This document shows, in pieces, positions 58,491-64,000 of a DNA stretch of 64,000 nt (position 1 is the stretch's first letter; every line of letters begins with the position of its first letter). Origin of the DNA: an uncultured delta proteobacterium (GTDB lineage Bacteria > Myxococcota > Myxococcia > Myxococcales > Myxococcaceae); the NCBI GenBank assembly GCA_963713045.1, contig CAVQKE010000005.1, positions 256,001-320,000 of the forward strand. Reading direction: 5' to 3'. A program made the translations under genes and the position numbers. Below the pieces are notes generated by a model. The model saw only the letters and a list, made by a program, of their open reading frames with translations. It did no database searches and was not told the DNA's origin.

Positions 58491-58534
58491 GAGGACCCGC
58501 TTGGACGGAGTACGGGCGCGGTCCAAGCGTCCTC
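58491..58534. terminator. Stem-loop between convergent genes
   Basis: GAGGA(CC)CGCTTGGAC / GTCCAAGCG-TCCTC, 11 nt after the stop at 58480. No U-tract. Confidence 0.4.
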
Positions 58535-58741
58535 TGGCCACGAGAGGCCCCGGCATCGTCCCCGCGAAGACCGTGTTGGGCCGTTGGGTGGAAGGGTCGC
58601 ACCAAGGCGCCGCTCCGCGCCTCCCCCGAGGCCCCCTCGGCCATCCCATGTACGCGGGCGTTGTGCAGGTGACGGGGCCAAGTCCACCGCCGAAATCGCG
58701 CGTTGCGTCAGCGGTGTAGTTGAGCCCGTTGTCGGAGAGCC

Positions 58742-61700
58742 TCACCGCGCTGGGTTTGAGGCGGCAAGGCGCTGCCCATCGAGTGCCTCGCGTGCGAAGC
58801 GAGCGATGCGGAAGAACTCCCTGGATTTTGCCTCACGTTCCAACCTGACTAACCGCGCGTGGCCTTGAGTGGGATGCGCTCGGAGTTCCACTTCACCCAG
58901 TGCAAGGGCGATCTCGAAAGCCATTGCCATCGCGCCCTGGCTTTCCGCATTGGCCAACGCAACACGGAGCTCTGCAGTGGACTTGGCGGTCCCACCCAGA
59001 GCGGCCCGGATGCGCATGAGGTAGACGTTCGCGAGACTTCGCTCGACGTACCCGCCCAGCTGCCGCGCCTCCGCGAGCGCTTCGACGGCTAGTTTTTCTC
59101 CTCCGGGAAGGTCGCCGGCGAGGTATCGGCACTTCGCGAGCCGTAGATTCCTTGCGAGCACCTGAGCGGTACCCGCTCCATCCGGGGGAGGATGTTGGGT
59201 TAGGCAATCCACGCCTTCTTGCGGACGCCCTTCATCACAGGCTATCTCGCAAAGGATAGCTTGGAAGCTCGGCGCATCCGACAGAAGGCTTGAAAGCTGC
59301 TGCATTCCGATGACCTTTTCCAAGCTCTGCCGTGCTTCTGGCAGTCGGTCCTGCTCTCTCAAGGCAGCAAACTCTATTCCGACGGCTGGGTCATCGATTC
59401 CCTCCTGATGATGCGAAGGGTCGATTCGCAACAGATGGAGGGCATTCCGCACGCCCCCCATGTCTCCCATCTGCAGCGCCAAGTCGGCTTTTCCCTTCTG
59501 GTAGAAGGCGCCCGGCCCCTCGTCCATGGCCTCTGACTCGGACAAGCTCTCCTGCAGTTTCGCAGCCGCTCGCTTGTAGTCGCCAGAGTGGATCAGACTC
59601 CCTGCCTCTGCGTTCAGAACCTCCCGTAGGGCCCGATGATTGCCGAGCTTGCGGAGTAGCGCGGCATTCTCCTCAAGCGCCTTTCGCACCGTGCTCGTCG
59701 GAAGGTATTGTATCATCAAAAATGCTCGCCAATTCTGGGCCAGAGCGAGCGTCGGCAAATCGCCAATCTCCTTTAAGAGGGCAACCGCCTGGTCGAATGG
59801 GCCCATCGCCTCAGCTCCGCGGCCCTTCCCTTGCCAGAGCATCCACGCCTCAACGAGGTAGGCATCGGCCGCCTCGCCTCGAGCCCCGAGTGCCTTTGCA
59901 CGAGCCTTCAGTCGTGCAACTAGCTCCTCGGCGTGTTTGAAATCGCCCAGTTGCCAAGCGTTGAAGGCCTCTGCACCCTCGACACGCGAGTCGGCCTGGG
60001 CACTCGGGCTGTGCTCCCGGAGGCGGCCGAGAATGGCCGCCCCAGTCTTGGGCGGAGCCTCGCTCACGATGCGGATTGCCAGCTCGACATCGTCTGGTGT
60101 GGCGTCGAAGAGGGCAGTCAGGGCCTCCGTTCCCTTTTCAGGCTCGGGACCTAGGCTCAATATTCTCCCCTCGGTTTCCGCGAGCTGTCGCGGCGTGAGG
60201 CCGCCTGGACGCGCGCGAATTCGGTCGGCGACCTCTCGCGCCTTTTTCTTGTTTCCCTCCAGGTCCCAAATCTCGCCGAGACGGCGTTGGGCATCCATGA
60301 AGCTCCCGTCGGTCGCAAGTGCAGCCTGGAAATAACTCCAGGCGTTTTCGTATTCGAAGCTCCTTAGACGCACGAGGCCTTGCGCATAGGCGCGCGCGGC
60401 GGACAGGTTTCGGGGTCGGACGGCCGCCAGTGCAGTCGCCTGGCTCTGCGAAAGAGAAACGCCCAGCTTCTGGCGGAGGCGTTCGGCGAGGCTGGAGGCT
60501 TTGTCGGCCCAGGCCTGTCCACTCTCGCCAAGGTCCTCTTCGAAGGAGGCAAGCTCCCGCCCCGAGGCGCCGTCAATCATTTTCAGGGAAAGCCCGACGG
60601 ACGCCGGATTTTCCGCCGCCGGCTTCAACGTCCCGTAGATGAGGACATCCGCGACAAGGAGGCCCTGCATCCGTGTCTGCACGGTTTCCTCGGAGACGGC
60701 GTTCTCAGAAACTCCGAGTGAGCGCCGGACCTGTACGACTCTGTCGCCGGGGACGACGCGCAGTGAAGTTTCCGCCGCTGCGAGCTCCCGCCCGAGGTCT
60801 TCGGCAACGGCTGTCGGAAGCCACGCCGACTCGGCGGACACCAACTCGTTGCGAAAGCCCAGCAGGGCAACCGCCCGTCGGAGGGTCGAGGCGACGGTGG
60901 TTCGGGAGGGCTTTGTCGGGCGAAGGGTAGGAAGCTTCCCGGCGACAGAGAAAGCGGCGAGCACCGCCGCAAGCAGGACGGCGCCGACGGAAGCCCAGCG
61001 CGGCCAGCGTCGACGCGGCCGCTCGAGCTCCGGGAGGATGTCCAAAGCGCTCTTGAAGCGCCGCTCCGGCTCCCGGGCCAGGCAGCGTAGGACCGTGCTG
61101 CTCCATCTCCCGTCGAGTCCCGGCGTGGTCGCCTCGGGGCTCGGGGGCGCCTCCCTCAGGCGCTTAGCAGCCGTGACGAGCGGCGTATCGCCGGTAAAGG
61201 GCAGCTTGCCCGTTACCATCTCGTACAGGACGACGCCCAGCGCGTAGATGTCCGTAGCCTTTGTCACCGGCTCACCGGAGACTTGCTCCGGCGCCATGTA
61301 CTCAGGGGTTCCGAGGATGCCGTTACCCCCCGTCAGCGGCTCGCTCGCCGCGTCCGTGCTGCGAGCGTGAAGCGCCAGCGCAATGCCGAAGTCCGTGATG
61401 ACGACACGGGCGGATGAGGTCGACTCACCCGAGCCTTCTCCGCTGGCGACGAGCATTACATTGCCGCTCTTGAAGTCTCGGTGAATGACACCTTCGGCAT
61501 GGGCCGCCGCGAGCCCGTCGCACAGCTGCCGCACCAGCGGGAGTGCCTCGGCTGTGGTCAGCCGCCCCGCCCGCGCGAGGCGTTGGCTCAGGGTCTCTCC
61601 GTCCAAGAGTTGCATCGTGAGGAAGTGAATGGGCACCCCGGCCGCGGTCGTCCCGTCATAGAGCTCGTAGACGCGGCACACGTTGGGGTGGCTCACCCGA

Positions 61701-62131
61701 CGGGCGAGCAACACTTCGCGCCGGAAGCGCTCCATGGCCGTCGCGTCGGTGGCGATGCGGCCCCGTATCACTTTGAGCGCCACCCCTGAACGCAGCTTGA
61801 CGTCACTCGCTTCGTAAACGGCCCCCATCCCGCCCTGGGCGATGAAGCGGAGAATCGTGAACCGGCCAGCGAGCAACTCGCCAGGCGTCAACCGCGGGTT
61901 GTCGGCGTCCTCGACACAGGCCAAAGCCCGGGAACCCGTGCTCGACTCCGGCTCCAAGCCAGCCGGCTTCGGGAGAAGCAACGTCGACTCGTCGGGCGTT
62001 TGACGAGCGGCGCCGCGAGCTCCCAACGCGGGGTTCGCGTCTTCAACGCCGGCGACTTTATCGACGTGGCTGTCCCCCTCACCACCCATGCCTGTGCACA
62101 GTACCTGAAAGGTCTCAGTGGGACCCGTCAT
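58742..62131 (-). CDS. Receptor-type Ser/Thr kinase with TM and TolB-N-like/TPR domain
   Basis: AQGGMGAVY, VALK, HRDFKSGN, DFG, GTPEYMAPE, DIYALG, TM WASVGAVLLAAVLAAFSV, then many TPR-like helices. Confidence 0.92.
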   Translation of the reverse strand: MTGPTETFQVLCTGMGGEGDSHVDKVAGVEDANPALGARGAARQTPDESTLLLPKPAGLEPESSTGSRALACVEDADNPRLTPGELLAGRFTILRFIAQGGMGAVYEASDVKLRSGVALKVIRGRIATDATAMERFRREVLLARRVSHPNVCRVYELYDGTTAAGVPIHFLTMQLLDGETLSQRLARAGRLTTAEALPLVRQLCDGLAAAHAEGVIHRDFKSGNVMLVASGEGSGESTSSARVVITDFGIALALHARSTDAASEPLTGGNGILGTPEYMAPEQVSGEPVTKATDIYALGVVLYEMVTGKLPFTGDTPLVTAAKRLREAPPSPEATTPGLDGRWSSTVLRCLAREPERRFKSALDILPELERPRRRWPRWASVGAVLLAAVLAAFSVAGKLPTLRPTKPSRTTVASTLRRAVALLGFRNELVSAESAWLPTAVAEDLGRELAAAETSLRVVPGDRVVQVRRSLGVSENAVSEETVQTRMQGLLVADVLIYGTLKPAAENPASVGLSLKMIDGASGRELASFEEDLGESGQAWADKASSLAERLRQKLGVSLSQSQATALAAVRPRNLSAARAYAQGLVRLRSFEYENAWSYFQAALATDGSFMDAQRRLGEIWDLEGNKKKAREVADRIRARPGGLTPRQLAETEGRILSLGPEPEKGTEALTALFDATPDDVELAIRIVSEAPPKTGAAILGRLREHSPSAQADSRVEGAEAFNAWQLGDFKHAEELVARLKARAKALGARGEAADAYLVEAWMLWQGKGRGAEAMGPFDQAVALLKEIGDLPTLALAQNWRAFLMIQYLPTSTVRKALEENAALLRKLGNHRALREVLNAEAGSLIHSGDYKRAAAKLQESLSESEAMDEGPGAFYQKGKADLALQMGDMGGVRNALHLLRIDPSHHQEGIDDPAVGIEFAALREQDRLPEARQSLEKVIGMQQLSSLLSDAPSFQAILCEIACDEGRPQEGVDCLTQHPPPDGAGTAQVLARNLRLAKCRYLAGDLPGGEKLAVEALAEARQLGGYVERSLANVYLMRIRAALGGTAKSTAELRVALANAESQGAMAMAFEIALALGEVELRAHPTQGHARLVRLEREAKSREFFRIARFAREALDGQRLAASNPAR

Positions 62132-62260
62132 GCCAACACGCGGAAAGAATTCGTGCTCCCTTCATGGGAGGCGACGGGGACAGTGTCCTGAGCGCCCCTC
62201 AATCAACGACAGCGGCGCGGCAGAGAAATGCTGTAGCTTCCCGGGCTTCTGGGTGTCGCC

Positions 62261-63991
62261 ATGCAATCGGAACCTGACCCGGAGACCCTGCGGCTGGCAC
62301 GGGCGGTGGAAGAGCCGCCGCACGGCCTGTGCGTGTTGGCTCTCTGGGACGAGGAGCATGTCACCTTCCCACTCCCCGACCGGGGAAGCGTCACCGTCGG
62401 GCGGACCGAGGGCGTGGACGTCCGGCTCGGGGACCAGGCCATCTCTCGTCAGCACATCAAATTCCATGTCAGTGAGCTGCTGCACGTGGAGGACCTGAGC
62501 AGCGCCAATGGCACGCGCGTCCGCGGACGTTTGTTGAAGTCCGGCGAGACTGTCGAGGTGAACCCCGGCGACACCATCGAGCTCGGGCGGACGCTGCTCG
62601 TCATCCAGCGCTCGGCTGGTCCGACGCGTTCATTTCGCATTTACGCGCACGACTATTTCGACGCACGGGTCGACGACGAGTGCGCCCGGGCAGAGCGCGG
62701 CGGGGTGTACTTTGTTGTGGTGCGAGTGCACGACGGCGGTCTGCCCCGTGCACTGGTACAGCAGCGTTTGGCGGCAGCGGTCCGGCCGGGCGACGTCGTG
62801 GCCGCCTACGGGCCGTCCGAGCACGAGCTCCTGTTGGTGGACTGCGAAGCTCGCCTGGCAGAGCAGCGCGTAGCATCGCTGCTCGCGTCGCTTCAGCCAC
62901 TGTCTCCGTCCGCAGCGGTTGGCTTTGCGTGCAGCCCGCGCGATGGCCGCACCTCAGCCTCGCTGCTCGAGGTGGCCAATGCAGCCGTCCGGGGCATCAA
63001 CCTCGACCAGCAGACGCCCCCCGTCGGATTGTCCGATGGGACGATGGAAAGTCTTCGGCGCGTTGTCGAGCGCATCGCCGGGGGCTCCATCAGCGTTCTG
63101 ATCACCGGGGAGACAGGTGTCGGCAAAGGGCTGTTAGCAAAGGAGCTGCACCGCAAGTCCTCGAGAGCGTCGAATGCCTTCGTGGCGCTCAACTGCGCTG
63201 AGCTTCCGGAGTCCCTGCTCGAAGCAGAACTCTTTGGCTACCAGAAGGGCGCCTTCACTGGAGCAGTTCAGGCCAAGGCTGGACTCATCGAAACAGCGCA
63301 TGGGGGGACGCTGCTCCTCGACGAGATTGGCGACATGCCACTTGCGACGCAGGCAAAGTTGCTTCGGGTGCTCGAAGACCACGAGGTGCGTCGCATTGGG
63401 AGCTTGCATCCACGACACGTCGACTTGCGCGTCGTGGCGTGCACCAACCGGGACCTCAAAGAGGAGTCCGAGCGCGGCGCTTTCCGGTGGGACTTGTATT
63501 TTCGGCTCGCTGGAATCTCGTTGGCGGTGCCCCCTTTGCGGGAGCGTGCCGCAGAGATTGAAGGACTAGCACGTGCGTTCCTCGAGCAAGCCGGACATTC
63601 CGGAGGGCGAGCGAGCGCCCCAATCCTCGCCCCCGAGGCCTTGGCGGCGCTGCATCGCTACTCGTGGCCGGGCAACGTCCGCGAGCTGCGCAATGTCATC
63701 GAGCGAGCAGTGCTGCTTTCTCAAGACGGAGTCATTCGGTCCGAGCACCTCCCGGTCGACCGCCTGCGCACCACCGTGTACCCCGCTTCCGTCCCAGGGC
63801 CGAGCGCTCGCGGTGCCGAGTCCGCGGAAGGCAAGCTAGACGACAGCAAGCGGCAGCGGATTCTGGAGGCACTGGCGACCTGTGGCGGGAATCAGAGCCG
63901 CGCCGCGAAGCGCCTGGGGATTTCCCGGCGCACCCTTGTGACGTGGCTCAAGGACTCTGGGCTGCCTCGGCCTCGCAAATCCGGGGCATGA
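62261..63991 (+). CDS. Sigma54-dependent enhancer-binding protein (FHA + degenerate GGDEF-like + AAA+ + Fis HTH)
   Basis: FHA GR...SRQH...SANGT, GETGVGK, ELFG..GAFTGA, LLDEIG, WPGNVREL, GNQSRAAKRLGISR. Confidence 0.95.
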   Translation: MQSEPDPETLRLARAVEEPPHGLCVLALWDEEHVTFPLPDRGSVTVGRTEGVDVRLGDQAISRQHIKFHVSELLHVEDLSSANGTRVRGRLLKSGETVEVNPGDTIELGRTLLVIQRSAGPTRSFRIYAHDYFDARVDDECARAERGGVYFVVVRVHDGGLPRALVQQRLAAAVRPGDVVAAYGPSEHELLLVDCEARLAEQRVASLLASLQPLSPSAAVGFACSPRDGRTSASLLEVANAAVRGINLDQQTPPVGLSDGTMESLRRVVERIAGGSISVLITGETGVGKGLLAKELHRKSSRASNAFVALNCAELPESLLEAELFGYQKGAFTGAVQAKAGLIETAHGGTLLLDEIGDMPLATQAKLLRVLEDHEVRRIGSLHPRHVDLRVVACTNRDLKEESERGAFRWDLYFRLAGISLAVPPLRERAAEIEGLARAFLEQAGHSGGRASAPILAPEALAALHRYSWPGNVRELRNVIERAVLLSQDGVIRSEHLPVDRLRTTVYPASVPGPSARGAESAEGKLDDSKRQRILEALATCGGNQSRAAKRLGISRRTLVTWLKDSGLPRPRKSGA

Positions 63992-64000
63992 GCGGCGTTG

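Overview
High-GC bacterial window, probably Myxococcota (inferred from DUF4388, eukaryotic-type Ser/Thr kinases and an FHA-sigma54 activator). Positions ~1-24,000 are a core block: lysS, prfB with its programmed +1 frameshift, lnt, ybeY, a 7TM-HD phosphohydrolase, phoH, DUF4388 and TPR proteins, an M16 peptidase pair, SulP, mazG, rpsT, lptE, leuS and fabF. Positions ~24,000-64,000 are an accessory patchwork. It holds a heavily frameshifted Sdh1-type succinate dehydrogenase/fumarate reductase operon, a DoxX-GT2-DUF2064-GT-C glycosylation operon and a MocR regulator facing a six-repeat secreted protein. It also holds katG plus a frameshifted Fur/PerR with a 9-1-9 operator, an RND / c-type cytochrome / rhodanese-thioredoxin cluster, and several gene remnants. 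The two best candidates for uncharacterised systems are (1) an acyl-CoA dehydrogenase-like + signal-less binding-protein-like + TusA-radical SAM cassette resembling Mycobacterium Rv1679-Rv1681, and (2) a TPR receptor kinase + FHA/degenerate-GGDEF/AAA+ activator next to a secreted HExxE protein with a consensus sigma54 promoter and tandem enhancer sites. All family calls come from motif recognition by eye; no database was searched. No rRNA, tRNA, CRISPR array or transposase was recognised.
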